NCBI GenBank assembly: GCA_900319345.1
Contig: ONNZ01000001.1
Coordinates: forward strand, 2,739-66,738
Direction: 5' to 3'
Length of the DNA: 64,000 bases
DNA from: an uncultured Eubacteriales bacterium
GTDB taxonomy: Bacteria; Bacillota; Clostridia; Christensenellales; CAG-138
Part shown: positions 22,333 through 31,925 of the stretch, piece after piece
How positions within the stretch are numbered: the stretch's first letter is position 1
How the letters are laid out: every line of letters begins with the position of its first letter
Position numbers and translations under genes: made by a program
The notes under the pieces: model-generated
Told to the model about the DNA's origin: nothing
Databases searched by the model: none
What the model saw: the letters and a program-made list of their open reading frames with translations, nothing else

Positions 22333-23055
22333 ATGAACGAGAAATTGAGACAAGTCATCGAAAACAGCCGCCGCATCGCCTTTTTGGGCGGGGCGGGCCT
22401 GTCCACGGAAAGCGGCATCCCCGACTTTCGCAGCGCGGACGGCATCTACAAGGCTCAGACTGCCTACGGCCATTCCCCGGAGGTGCTGTTGAGTCACGAC
22501 TTCTTCTGGCGGCACACGGAGGTCTTCTACGACTACTATCGCAAGTTCCTCCTGTACCCGGACGCTAAGCCCAACAAGGCCCACAGGGCCCTGGCGAAAC
22601 TGGAGCAGGACGGCAAGCTCACCGCCGTCATCACCCAGAATATCGACGGGCTCCATCAGGCCGCGGGAAGCCGGAACGTGCTGGAGCTCCACGGCAGCGT
22701 CCACAGGAACTACTGCACCAAGTGCCGGAAGTTCTACCCCATGGAGTACATCCTGGAGAGCGAAGGCGTGCCCACCTGCAGCTGCGGCGGCGTCATCAAG
22801 CCCGACGTGGTCCTCTACGGGGAGGGGCTGGATACCAAAACGTTGGTCTCCGCCGTGACCCACATCCAACGGGCGGACACCCTGATCGTGGGCGGCACGT
22901 CCCTGGTGGTGTACCCGGCCGCCGGGCTCATCGACTACTTCTCCGGCAAGGAGCTGGTGCTCATCAATTTGAGCCGCACGGATCGGGATTCCGACGCCAC
23001 CCTCTGCGTCCACGAGAAGATCGGCGAAGCATTGTCCTTCCTTTTGGAAGAATGA
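22333..23055 (+). CDS. cobB: NAD-dependent protein deacylase (Sir2 family)
   Basis: GAGLSTESGIPDFRS, QNIDGLH, the catalytic HG, and Zn-binding CTKC...CSCG. Confidence 0.9.
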   Translation: MNEKLRQVIENSRRIAFLGGAGLSTESGIPDFRSADGIYKAQTAYGHSPEVLLSHDFFWRHTEVFYDYYRKFLLYPDAKPNKAHRALAKLEQDGKLTAVITQNIDGLHQAAGSRNVLELHGSVHRNYCTKCRKFYPMEYILESEGVPTCSCGGVIKPDVVLYGEGLDTKTLVSAVTHIQRADTLIVGGTSLVVYPAAGLIDYFSGKELVLINLSRTDRDSDATLCVHEKIGEALSFLLEE

Positions 23056-23921
23056 TAGAACGCAACAAGGAAAACGAAAGGGAACTAATAATGGAAGAAT
23101 GCAATCATGATTGCTCCAACTGCTCCGCGAACTGCGACAGCCGGGACCCCAAGAGCTTTATCGAGCAGCCCCATCCCCTGTCCAAGGTGAAGAAGGTGGT
23201 GGCCGTGCTGAGCGGCAAGGGCGGCGTGGGCAAGTCCCTGGTGACCTCCCTGCTGGCGGTGAACACCCAGCGGGCGGGCTACCGGGCCGCCATCCTGGAC
23301 GCGGACGTGACCGGCCCCTCCATCCCCCAAGCCTTCGGCATCCATGAGAAGGCCACGGGCACCGAGGACGCCCTGTTCGCCTCCGAATCCAAGACCGGCA
23401 TCCAGATGATGAGCATCAACCTGCTCCTGCCGGACGAGACCTCCCCCGTGGTGTGGCGGGGCCCCGTCATCGCCGGCGCGGTGAAGCAATTCTGGACCGA
23501 CGTGGTCTGGAAGGACGTGGACGTGCTGTACGTGGATATGCCTCCGGGCACCGGCGACGTGCCCCTGACCGTCATGCAGTCCATCCCCGTGGACGGGATC
23601 GTGGTGGTCACCTCCCCCCAGGAGCTGGTGGGCATGATCGTGGAGAAGGCCGTAAAGATGGCCGGGCTCCTGAACGTCCCCATCGTGGGCATCGTGGAGA
23701 ACCTCTCCTACTTCGAGTGCCCCGACTGCGGCAAGAAGCACTACCTGTTCGGCGAGAGCCATCTCGAGGAGATCGCGAAGAAGAACGATATCCCTGAGAC
23801 CGCCCGCATCCCCATTCAGCCCAAGCTGTCCGCCGCCGTGGACGCGGGTCTGGTGGAGCTCTACGAGGGGCCCTGGCTGGACAAGCTGACGGCCTCGCTC
23901 CTGAAGGACGTGGAGGACTGA
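23052..23921 (+). CDS. Mrp/NBP35/ApbC-family Fe-S cluster carrier ATPase
   Basis: Cys-rich N-terminus CNHDCSNCSANC, the deviant Walker A LSGKGGVGKS, and CPDCGKKH. ATG 23052 overlaps the cobB stop (ATGA). ATG 23091 (MEECNH) is the alternative start. Confidence 0.85.
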   Translation: MIERNKENERELIMEECNHDCSNCSANCDSRDPKSFIEQPHPLSKVKKVVAVLSGKGGVGKSLVTSLLAVNTQRAGYRAAILDADVTGPSIPQAFGIHEKATGTEDALFASESKTGIQMMSINLLLPDETSPVVWRGPVIAGAVKQFWTDVVWKDVDVLYVDMPPGTGDVPLTVMQSIPVDGIVVVTSPQELVGMIVEKAVKMAGLLNVPIVGIVENLSYFECPDCGKKHYLFGESHLEEIAKKNDIPETARIPIQPKLSAAVDAGLVELYEGPWLDKLTASLLKDVED

Positions 23922-23936
23922 CGGAACAATACTATC

Positions 23937-23966
23937 GGAAATGGCGCTTCGGCGCCATTTCCTTTC
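23937..23966 (+). terminator. intrinsic terminator after mrp
   Basis: ggaaatggcgc-ttcg-gcgccatttcc form an 11-bp stem, followed by TTTC. Confidence 0.7.
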
Positions 23967-23981
23967 AAGAGGGGAAAACGC

Positions 23982-25109
23982 ATGAACCAAAGGCCCTTGC
24001 CCACCGGCCCATATGCCGTTGGCACCACCACATACACGGTCTATACCGGCCGGGAGGAGCTTCGCGCCCCCGGCACCAAACGGAGCGTCCCGGTCCGGGT
24101 CTACTACCCGGCCAGCAAGGAAGCCGTCGCTGGCTTGAACAAGGCTCGCTACATGTCCCGAAACGTGGCGGAGGGACTCAAGAAGGCCATCCACGTGCCC
24201 ATCCCCTACGACAAGCGGGAGGCGGCCGGGGACAACCTGTCCGAGTGCTACCCGGACGCGCCCTGGATGGAGGGCGGCCGGTTCCCGCTGGTGTTGTTCA
24301 ACCACGGCCTGTCCTCCTACCGGGAGAGCAATTCCTTCCTGTGCCTGGAGCTGGTCTCCCAGGGCTACCTGGTCCTGGCCGTGGGCCATCCCTACGACGC
24401 CTGCTGCGCGGAGCTGGACGACGGCACCTGCATCTTTTTCGACGGGGAGCTTTCCAAGAAGCAGTACGATCCCCTGTGGGGCGGCATGCTGAAGGCCCTT
24501 CAGCTGACCCATTCCAAGGGCACCGACCGGGAGCTGGCCCAGCAGTTCGACGCGCTGCAGCAGCGATACTGCAAGCTCATCCTGAGCCGGGTGGCCGAAT
24601 GGGAGCAGGACACCCTGGACGCCGTCGAATACGCCCAGCAGGCCTTCGGCGACCATATCGACGGGAGCGCCGGCATAGGAGCCACCGGCCATTCCCTGGG
24701 CGGGGCCGTGGCTTATATGCTATGCCTCGATCATCCCGATTTCGTCTGTGGCGTCAATCTGGACGGCGCTCTCTTCGGCGACACCGCGGGCAAGGTGCTG
24801 ACCCGACCCTTCCTGCAGGTCAGCTGCCAGGGAAACGTCAAGGCGGAGACCAGGGCGTTCGTGGACCACACCAGGCCGGTCTACGGCGCCGTTTTCAAAA
24901 ACATGCAGCATCTTGGGTTCACCGACATGAAGCATATGATGGGCCTGAAGCTCATGACGGGAAAGCTGGATGCGGACGTGATGCACGAGAACGTGTGCAA
25001 GCTCCATTTGGAGATGTTCGACACCTATATGAAAAAGGCGAAGGACCGGCCCGCCTTCGTGAGCAGCGAGGCGGTCACGATCACGGAACACGCCCCGGAC
25101 GTGACCTGA
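23982..25109 (+). CDS. alpha/beta hydrolase, PAF-acetylhydrolase/lipase-like
   Basis: 375 aa. FPLVLFNHGLSS, the nucleophile elbow GHSLGG and a late LGFTDM region give a platelet-activating-factor acetylhydrolase-like pattern. Confidence 0.65.
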   Translation: MNQRPLPTGPYAVGTTTYTVYTGREELRAPGTKRSVPVRVYYPASKEAVAGLNKARYMSRNVAEGLKKAIHVPIPYDKREAAGDNLSECYPDAPWMEGGRFPLVLFNHGLSSYRESNSFLCLELVSQGYLVLAVGHPYDACCAELDDGTCIFFDGELSKKQYDPLWGGMLKALQLTHSKGTDRELAQQFDALQQRYCKLILSRVAEWEQDTLDAVEYAQQAFGDHIDGSAGIGATGHSLGGAVAYMLCLDHPDFVCGVNLDGALFGDTAGKVLTRPFLQVSCQGNVKAETRAFVDHTRPVYGAVFKNMQHLGFTDMKHMMGLKLMTGKLDADVMHENVCKLHLEMFDTYMKKAKDRPAFVSSEAVTITEHAPDVT

Positions 25110-25122
25110 TCCGGCACCCTCA

Positions 25123-25149
25123 GGGAGGCGGGCGCCTCCCTTGCTTTTT
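25123..25149 (+). terminator. intrinsic terminator after the hydrolase gene
   Basis: gggaggc-gggc-gcctccc followed by TTGCTTTTT. Confidence 0.65.
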
Positions 25150-25187
25150 CCCTCCAAAGGGACTATACTCTATGGGAACACAAGGAG

Positions 25188-25823
25188 GTGATCGGCTTGG
25201 ATGCGGTGGCCGTTTTGCAGGAAAAGTTCGCTGTGAAGGAGATCACGCCCGAAAAGTATCGGACCATGGGGAGCCTGATGATGCGGTTCCACTTGGAACA
25301 GTATGCAGTGGAGGGCCTCGGCAACCTGTGCGTGCTGAAGACTCGCGCTATGCTGGGGCTCATGAACCTGTTGACCGTGGTGGTGACGCCCAGCTCCGGG
25401 AAGAGCGTGCCCTTCCTGCTCATCGACACCATGGACATGGGCAAGAAGCACCTGTGCTACGTGGAATACTACGACTGCACCGCCGGCGGCGCCGACAAGG
25501 ACAAGCTCCTGGCCGCCAGCGCCCCCTACGGGGACGTAGCCGACTACGCCGAAAAGCCCGCCTGGTATGTGCAGGAGCGCATGGCGGGCTCCCTCATCAA
25601 GACCGGGGAAAAGGCGCGCCTTGAACAGATGGCCCTGGACGCCCTGAAGGCCTATACCCAGCAGGCGGCGGCCGCCCCCGTGAAGCCGGAAAACGTGGCG
25701 GGCCTCAAAGCCTTCCAGCAGCGGATGATCCGGGAGGGGAACCCCTCCACCGCTGCCCTCACCAAGACCTTGGGCCAGGAGGGGGCCGAGACCTTCTTTA
25801 GGACCGTGGTCATGCCCGTGTAG
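25188..25823 (+). CDS. hypothetical cytoplasmic protein (about 210 aa)
   Basis: The ORF has AAGGAGG immediately upstream. The real start is probably TTG 25197 (8 nt after the SD) rather than GTG 25188. There is a TTGCTT-17-TATACT promoter at 25141-25169. I recognise no family with confidence. Confidence 0.6.
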   Translation: MIGLDAVAVLQEKFAVKEITPEKYRTMGSLMMRFHLEQYAVEGLGNLCVLKTRAMLGLMNLLTVVVTPSSGKSVPFLLIDTMDMGKKHLCYVEYYDCTAGGADKDKLLAASAPYGDVADYAEKPAWYVQERMAGSLIKTGEKARLEQMALDALKAYTQQAAAAPVKPENVAGLKAFQQRMIREGNPSTAALTKTLGQEGAETFFRTVVMPV

Positions 25824-25953
25824 GGCAGCCCACGAAAACGTGAGCGAATCGGGACGGCGCAGGTCGTCCCGCTTTTTCGGACAATCCGTTGCATTTTTGT
25901 GAACTATTCCCTACGGGATGGCCGGTCAGGCTGGAACGTGCTATGATGGTAAC

Positions 25954-28017
25954 ATGGAAATAGGCGCCCGCCAACCGAATCAAGAGGAAACCGCCGCCCC
26001 CAAGCAACGGGGGCGGACGATCCTGCTGGGCTTCCTGGGCTTTTTGCTGGCCCTGGGGGTGCTGTTGCTGTGGGCATATCACGGCGTATCCCCCTTCGTG
26101 CAGGCGGAATATGGGGAGGGCGTGCCTCCGGTGACCGCCTTCTGCCAGGCGGAGGACGCCTTTCTTTTGGCCGATGAAAGCTGCACCGCCCTGGGAAGGC
26201 ACATGGTGCAGGTGATCACCCGGTTCCGGGTGGTGCCCTGCTGGCTGACCGTCCAGGATACCGTGGCCCCTGTGGCCGCGCCGGTGACGATGACCTTTCC
26301 CTCAGGCTATGTGCCCACCCCGGACCAGTTCATCTCCGATTTGAAGGACGCGGACCGGGTGGGCGTCAGCTTCGTTCAGGAATACGACTTCTCCCCCGCC
26401 GGGGAGCAGGCCGTCGTTATCCGGCTGGAGGACGGCAGCGGCAACGTGAACGAGGTGCAATCGACCGCCGTGGTCCGCTCTACGGTGGACCGGGTCACCA
26501 TGGAGGCGGGCTCCCCCATCCCCGCCGCCGATCCCTTCCTGACCGAGGGCTTCCACGGGGAGCTGCTGGATACGATCACGGACGAGATGATGCGGACACC
26601 GGGGGAATATGTCCTGCGGGTCCAGTGCCCGGAGAACAAACGCATTTTCACCACCGTCCTGGCGATCCAGGACACGGTGGCCCCTGCCGCCACGGGGCAG
26701 CTTTTGGTCCTGGCGCCCGGGGAAGCCGCCGCGCCGGAAGCCTTTCTGACGGACGCGGCCGATGAAACGGCCCTCCAGTATGCCTTCCTTCAGGCTCCGG
26801 ACCCGGACAGCCGAGAGATCCAGGACATCCTGATCCGGATGACGGACGCCGGCGGCAACACAGCCGACGTGCCCGCCCAAATCCTCTACTCCTCCCTGGG
26901 CCGCATGACCATTGAGGCGAAGAATGGCCTGCTCACCGGCGCGGACCTGGGCCGTCCCGAGGCCGAGCCGGAAGCGTTTATGGCCAACACTTTGGGGACC
27001 TATCCCGTTCGGGTCCAGCTGACGGACGGCGTCGAGATCGCCCTGGTGACCGTCGTGGACACCGTCGCCCCCGTCTTGACCCTCCAGGAGGGGCCCTTCT
27101 ACACCCGGCACGCGTATACGCCGGAGGAACTGGTGAACGCTGAGGACGTGACCGGCGCGATCCTGTCCTTCACCCAAGCCCCCGATCAGGACAGCGACCA
27201 GCCTCAGACCTTCTCTGTGCAGGCCGTAGACGCCGCCGGGAACGAAACCATCGCCGCCTTCCCCCTGACCTTGGCTGTGGACGATACGCCCCCCGTCCTC
27301 TACGGCGTGGTGAACCGGAGCGGCTACGTGAACGAGCCCATCGCCTATCTTGCGGAAGCCTACGCCGAGGACGATGTGGACGGGCGGGTGGACATGACCG
27401 TGGAGAGCGGCGTGATCCTGTCCCGAAAGGGCAAGTACACCGTCACCTACACCGCCACGGACAAGAGCGGCAACACCGTCTCCAAGAGCTGCATCTATAC
27501 CCTGGTGGAGCCCTCCGTTACCGACGAACAGGTGCGCCAGATGGCCCAGACCATCCTTTCCGAGATCATCACCCCGGACATGGTCACCGCCGAAAAGCTC
27601 AAAGCCGTCTTCGATTACGTACGGGGCCGGGTCCATTATACCGGGTCCTCCAACAAAAACGATTGGCGTCAGGAGGCCGTCCGAGGCTATGAGGCCCGCC
27701 GGGGAGATTGCTTCACCGTGTACTCCCTGACCCGAGCCTTGCTGGACGAGCTGCAGGTGCCCTACATGAGCGTGACCCGCAAGAGCACCACCAGCCGCCA
27801 TTACTGGGTGATCGTCAACATCGGCACAGGCTGGTACCACTTCGACCCCCTGGTCACCAGCATCCACAAGCATCGCTGCTTCATGTGGACCAACCAGCAG
27901 TGCAAGGTGAAATCCTATTTCTGGCGGTTCCATGAAGAGAACTTCCCCGCCATCGCCACGGAGCCTTTCGACTACAACGCCGTGGTACAGATGGAGCGCG
28001 AAGGCCTGCTGCCCTGA
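25954..28017 (+). CDS. membrane-anchored surface protein with Ig-like repeats and a C-terminal transglutaminase-like cysteine-protease core
   Basis: Track ORF 25918..28017; I prefer ATG 25954 (MEIGARQ). The TM anchor is ILLGFLGFLLALGVLLLWAY. The DTVAPV.. module recurs. The C-terminal RRGDCFTVYSL...SRHYWVIVNIGTGWYHFDP provides the Cys-His-Asp transglutaminase core. Confidence 0.75.
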   Translation: MEIGARQPNQEETAAPKQRGRTILLGFLGFLLALGVLLLWAYHGVSPFVQAEYGEGVPPVTAFCQAEDAFLLADESCTALGRHMVQVITRFRVVPCWLTVQDTVAPVAAPVTMTFPSGYVPTPDQFISDLKDADRVGVSFVQEYDFSPAGEQAVVIRLEDGSGNVNEVQSTAVVRSTVDRVTMEAGSPIPAADPFLTEGFHGELLDTITDEMMRTPGEYVLRVQCPENKRIFTTVLAIQDTVAPAATGQLLVLAPGEAAAPEAFLTDAADETALQYAFLQAPDPDSREIQDILIRMTDAGGNTADVPAQILYSSLGRMTIEAKNGLLTGADLGRPEAEPEAFMANTLGTYPVRVQLTDGVEIALVTVVDTVAPVLTLQEGPFYTRHAYTPEELVNAEDVTGAILSFTQAPDQDSDQPQTFSVQAVDAAGNETIAAFPLTLAVDDTPPVLYGVVNRSGYVNEPIAYLAEAYAEDDVDGRVDMTVESGVILSRKGKYTVTYTATDKSGNTVSKSCIYTLVEPSVTDEQVRQMAQTILSEIITPDMVTAEKLKAVFDYVRGRVHYTGSSNKNDWRQEAVRGYEARRGDCFTVYSLTRALLDELQVPYMSVTRKSTTSRHYWVIVNIGTGWYHFDPLVTSIHKHRCFMWTNQQCKVKSYFWRFHEENFPAIATEPFDYNAVVQMEREGLLP

Positions 28018-28107
28018 GGCACAGCCCGACCCGCAGGGCTGGCCCGCTGACAGGTACAGGCTGGACTGGAAAAGCCTGTTAAGTCTGTGAATATACTTTG
28101 AAATCCG

Positions 28108-28136
28108 TTGCCTTTTCCCCCATAGGGTGGTATACT
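28108..28136 (+). promoter_or_regulatory. possible promoter of the LCP gene (extended -10)
   Basis: TTGCCT (28108-28113), 17 nt spacer, TGgTATACT (-10 at 28131-28136). Confidence 0.35.
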
Positions 28137-28182
28137 GCCGCCACCGAACGGAAAACTGTTTAGGGAGAGATGGATCGATCAA

Positions 28183-29829
28183 ATGAACGACACCGATATG
28201 AACGCGACCGCCCGGGAAGACCTTTCCCGATCTCAAAAAAAGAAGACCCGCAGGATCGTGCTGTGGACGGTGCTGGGCCTGCTGCTGGTGGGCCTGACCC
28301 TAGGCGGCTGGCATGCATATCGGATTTTTAAGAACTCGGCTTCCCTGTTTGCCCACACCCCGGCTGCCACCCCCCTCCCGGAAGCGGCCCTCCTGGTCCC
28401 CGCCTTCCCCTTGAACTCCGCGGTCCCTGACCCTGAACGAGAAGCGGCAGCGATCGCCCCTTCCTCGACGCCAGAGACGACAGATATCCCCGTTGCAGCC
28501 ACCCCAGAGCCCACGGCCACGCCCAAGCCCATAAATCGGTTGAACGTCCTGCTCATGGGCATCGACGCCTATGAGTCTGGCGAAACCAGCAGCGGCACCA
28601 TGCCCCATACGGACGTGATCATGCTCATCGCCATCAACTTCGATGAGAACAAGGTGGACCTGATCTCCCTGCCGCGCGATATCATGACCACAGCTCCGGG
28701 CCACTATGGCATCTACAAACTCAACTGCGTATTCAACGTAGGGCTGGGGGGCTGGAAAGCCCCTGCCGGTCAATCCGACGAGCTGGCGGACGGCTTTCTG
28801 CTGACCTGTCGAGCGGCAGAGGAATGGATGGGCGGCATCTCCATCCCCTACTACTACGGCCTGGACTTCCAGGCGGTCGTCGACATCGTAAACGCCATCG
28901 GCGGCATCGACTACGATGTGGACCAGCCGTTCATTGCTCACGGCGGACAATGGAGCTACAACAAGGGTATGCACCATTTGGATGGAAACGGGGTCTTAGG
29001 CTACCTTCGCATCCGGCAACAAGCCGACGGGCTGGACAGCTCCCGCACGGCCCGACAGCGACGAATGATGGTGGCCATCTTCGAAAAGCTGAAAAGCGAA
29101 GGCAAGCTCAGCCAGATCCCTGCCCTGATCAACACCGCCAGTAGCGGCATCTATACCAACACCACCCTGAGCCAGACCACAGCTTTGGTCAGTTTTGCCG
29201 CGAATCTTGAGGAAGGTAGTATCCAGCCCCGGGCCATGTTCGGAGAACTGGGCGAGATCGAATACGAATGGCGATACGCTTACGTGGATCAGCAGAACCG
29301 GATGGACATCATCCGGGAGGTGTTCGGCATTGAGGCGGAGCCTGTGGGCACCTGCACCCGGCAGTATGAGCGTTGGCTCCACACCGTGGGCTTCTCTGCC
29401 ATGAAGTATATGCGCCAGGCCGAGAAGGTGCTGCACCGGGTCCAGGAGCTGAAGGATGCCGGCCAAACTTTCACGGAGGAGCAGATCGCCCTCTACCGCG
29501 AATGCTACCAGGCGTATGTCGCCCTGAAGGACGGCTTCGACAGCGCCACGGACACCCTTTCGAGCCAATATGCTGTCACCCCTTGGCGGGAAAAGAAGAA
29601 CAGCCAGAAAAACTGGACGGAGGAAAACAAGGCAGTCGACCAGAAGCTCACAAGTCTGGAGACTGACATCCTGCAAAACATGAACGACCTCAAGGCGTCC
29701 TCCAAGAACACCACTATCCGCTTGGGCGACGCAATTGGCTTCAACACTGCCACCTATCTAACCTGGAACGTCCCCATGGGTTGGTTCAACGATCCTGATA
29801 TCAACGAGGTCATTGTCAACTTCGGCTGA
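28183..29829 (+). CDS. LytR-CpsA-Psr (LCP) family glycopolymer-to-peptidoglycan ligase, long C-terminal extension
   Basis: N-terminal TM, a Pro/Thr linker, the LCP core NVLLMGIDAY...HTDVIMLIAINFDENKVDLISLPRDIM...R.RQ, and then a roughly 200-aa helical C-terminal region. Confidence 0.85.
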   Translation: MNDTDMNATAREDLSRSQKKKTRRIVLWTVLGLLLVGLTLGGWHAYRIFKNSASLFAHTPAATPLPEAALLVPAFPLNSAVPDPEREAAAIAPSSTPETTDIPVAATPEPTATPKPINRLNVLLMGIDAYESGETSSGTMPHTDVIMLIAINFDENKVDLISLPRDIMTTAPGHYGIYKLNCVFNVGLGGWKAPAGQSDELADGFLLTCRAAEEWMGGISIPYYYGLDFQAVVDIVNAIGGIDYDVDQPFIAHGGQWSYNKGMHHLDGNGVLGYLRIRQQADGLDSSRTARQRRMMVAIFEKLKSEGKLSQIPALINTASSGIYTNTTLSQTTALVSFAANLEEGSIQPRAMFGELGEIEYEWRYAYVDQQNRMDIIREVFGIEAEPVGTCTRQYERWLHTVGFSAMKYMRQAEKVLHRVQELKDAGQTFTEEQIALYRECYQAYVALKDGFDSATDTLSSQYAVTPWREKKNSQKNWTEENKAVDQKLTSLETDILQNMNDLKASSKNTTIRLGDAIGFNTATYLTWNVPMGWFNDPDINEVIVNFG

Positions 29830-30347
29830 TGGTATCCCGTCGCGGAGCCGCAGCATTGTTCAATCACGGGGATCATGTCGTGCCGTCATCAAAGGCGGCC
29901 GTTTTCGGTCATGATCCCTGACCATCCCCCTTCCTGTGGGGATCTGTTGCATTGCGATCCTTCCGATTGCCGATCCACCATGCCTGCAACCCAGCAGCAG
30001 CAATATAGCACGAACGTAATCAACAGTGCGCACCCGATAATCCAATATGCCATTTTCGATAAAGCCCCTTTCTCGATCCTCTCTTCATAGTATTCCGAAT
30101 CGAGCGGTCTTCCATACTGTACTGTCCTTTGATATCTGTGGGAATATTATTAATGAGTCCTGTTTCCATGTGCAGAATCGAAATGTGCAGACGATTTGCG
30201 CCGATCACGGAAGGACAAAAGAAAATCCGGTCAATTCAAGCTCATATGCCCGTGATACTACCGAAGGAGCAAATCCGGGAATGGATATACTTTATCAAGA
30301 AAAAACCGTGAAAAATGCCGTTCAGTAGATATGTTCGAAAAAGATAA
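29830..30347. other. compositional break / junction between GC-rich core and AT-richer glycan island; no intact gene of 60 aa or more that I can support
   Basis: Sequence lines left of about 29.83 kb are visibly G+C rich. Lines from about 30.1 kb on are A+T rich. The interval holds only short ORFs and a gene remnant. Confidence 0.6.
30183..30311 (+). pseudogene. remnant of an SOS-response-associated peptidase (SRAP/YedK-like) gene with an internal deletion
   Basis: MCRRFAP (compare the invariant SRAP N-terminus MCGRF) runs directly into HMPVILPKEQIREWI (compare the C-terminal RMPVIL...W motif). The roughly 150 residues normally between them are missing. Confidence 0.4.
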
Positions 30348-31925
30348 TCATACAAATTTTCTCTTGGCAATAAACACAGCGTATTTCATAACTACGTTGA
30401 CAACGAGAATCGTTAAACTAACAAACGCTGCACACTCCAGCTGCATCTGTCCCTCAAACTGCGTGATCATCAAAGCGATTGGTTTGTTTCCAACATTAGC
30501 CAAGAAGGATACCGCTGAAATGGTCATCATACAGTTGACGAAGAAATAACTCATCATTTCAAGGATCGTGCTAGTGGACTGTGGAAGCAACACATCCTTT
30601 AATACTCCCCAGCGGCTTATCCCCATCGTGGCGCCAACATCTTCCAGGTTTTCATTGATCTTTCCAAAAGTGTTGTAAGCCATCAGATACGGAGAAGCAA
30701 AAAAGTGCATGGAATTTACGAGGAACAGCATAGCAAAGGTCCCATAAATCGGCGTTGTTTTGAAAAACATCACATAGGAAAGGCCTAAAACAATACCTGG
30801 GATGGCAAGCGATGTAATGGACATTAGATGCAAAACGTAGCTGAGCTTTGTCTTGTTCCGCGCTGTCAAATACGCATTGAACAATGCTAAAGCAGTCCCC
30901 AGAAAGGATACGGTAAACGCTATGATCAAGGAGTTCTTCAGATATCGCAGCGCTCCCATATTGACGGCTTGAGCTGCATTTGTTAAGGAAAACGACATGT
31001 CAATCGGGTATTTTTTCATGAATCCCAGTACGGAGAAGGAACCGATGGGCAGAAAAACCAGTATCACAGTCAAAATGACAATGATCCTTGCGATTCTGTC
31101 GCGTCTTTTGTTTTCCTTTATTCTATACGGCTTCCCAACGAATGCCCCGTTCCCTTTATCTCGATTGGCCATATCAAGGATGCAAGCGATCAGGGCGGGA
31201 ATGAGCAAGATCATGCCTATGACTGACCCTTTTCCGAAATCGAGCATTCCGATCACATCCTGATACATCATAATCGGCAAGGTCATGTATTTCCCGCCGA
31301 CCATAAGTGGGACGCCATAATCGGTTATTATCATGGTGAAAGTAGCGAAGATAACGGAAATAAGCGGTTTTCTCAAATAGGGCAATGTGATCGAGAAGAA
31401 TTTATCTCGTGTCGTAAAGCCCATGACCTCAGCTGCCTCATACGGTGTACCATCCTCATACCTCAACACATCGTACAACATCAGGTATGCAACTGGAAAA
31501 GAGTACATGACCGACCCGATAACGATCCCCAAAAAGCCATAAATGCCGCTTGTAAGGCCTAACGCTCTTGATAGCCAACCATTCGCTCCCAGTAGGATAA
31601 TAAGACCCATGCCATGAGAAATGGAGGGGATCAACATCGGTATGGTGATAAGTGTATTCAATGCTGTCTTATGGTGTATGTTCGTCCTGGCTACTGCCCA
31701 CGACAAAAGCCCTGCCAGCGAAACGGAGATCACCGTGGCCGTGAACGACACCAGTAAAGACTGCCTAAGCGCTTTTGAAAACTTCTTGGCGGTAATGACC
31801 GCTCCAACATCTACCGACGCCATGGTGGACAACATACGGATAAGGGGCAAGACAATTGCGAACAGCCAAAAAACGCAAAGCAGTATCTTCAACGTAGTGG
31901 ACATCGTCCATTTTCTGCCGTTCAT
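30348..31925 (-). CDS. ABC importer permease, fused double transmembrane domain (Fe3+/thiamine/2-aminoethylphosphonate-type architecture)
   Basis: 525 aa with two tandem BPD-transporter inner-membrane domains. Its start overlaps the ATPase stop (ATGA). Confidence 0.85.
   Translation of the reverse strand: MNGRKWTMSTTLKILLCVFWLFAIVLPLIRMLSTMASVDVGAVITAKKFSKALRQSLLVSFTATVISVSLAGLLSWAVARTNIHHKTALNTLITIPMLIPSISHGMGLIILLGANGWLSRALGLTSGIYGFLGIVIGSVMYSFPVAYLMLYDVLRYEDGTPYEAAEVMGFTTRDKFFSITLPYLRKPLISVIFATFTMIITDYGVPLMVGGKYMTLPIMMYQDVIGMLDFGKGSVIGMILLIPALIACILDMANRDKGNGAFVGKPYRIKENKRRDRIARIIVILTVILVFLPIGSFSVLGFMKKYPIDMSFSLTNAAQAVNMGALRYLKNSLIIAFTVSFLGTALALFNAYLTARNKTKLSYVLHLMSITSLAIPGIVLGLSYVMFFKTTPIYGTFAMLFLVNSMHFFASPYLMAYNTFGKINENLEDVGATMGISRWGVLKDVLLPQSTSTILEMMSYFFVNCMMTISAVSFLANVGNKPIALMITQFEGQMQLECAAFVSLTILVVNVVMKYAVFIAKRKFV

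Noticed and set aside
25188-25823. The 211-aa hypothetical protein looked vaguely like a ferredoxin-dependent bilin reductase fold (MRFHLEQ..., PFLLIDTMDMG..., EKPAWY...).
   Set aside because: The resemblance rests on a few short strings recalled from memory, with no conserved catalytic residues I can point to. That is not enough for a call; HHpred or Foldseek would be needed.
29869-29918. A 9-bp inverted repeat GGGATCATG...CATGATCCC, with 32-nt spacing, right after the LCP gene. It was considered as an att site or a terminator.
   Set aside because: The arms are short, the loop is long, there is no T-tract, and I found no matching direct repeat at the other candidate island boundary. It also overlaps the 3' end of the small 54-codon ORF.
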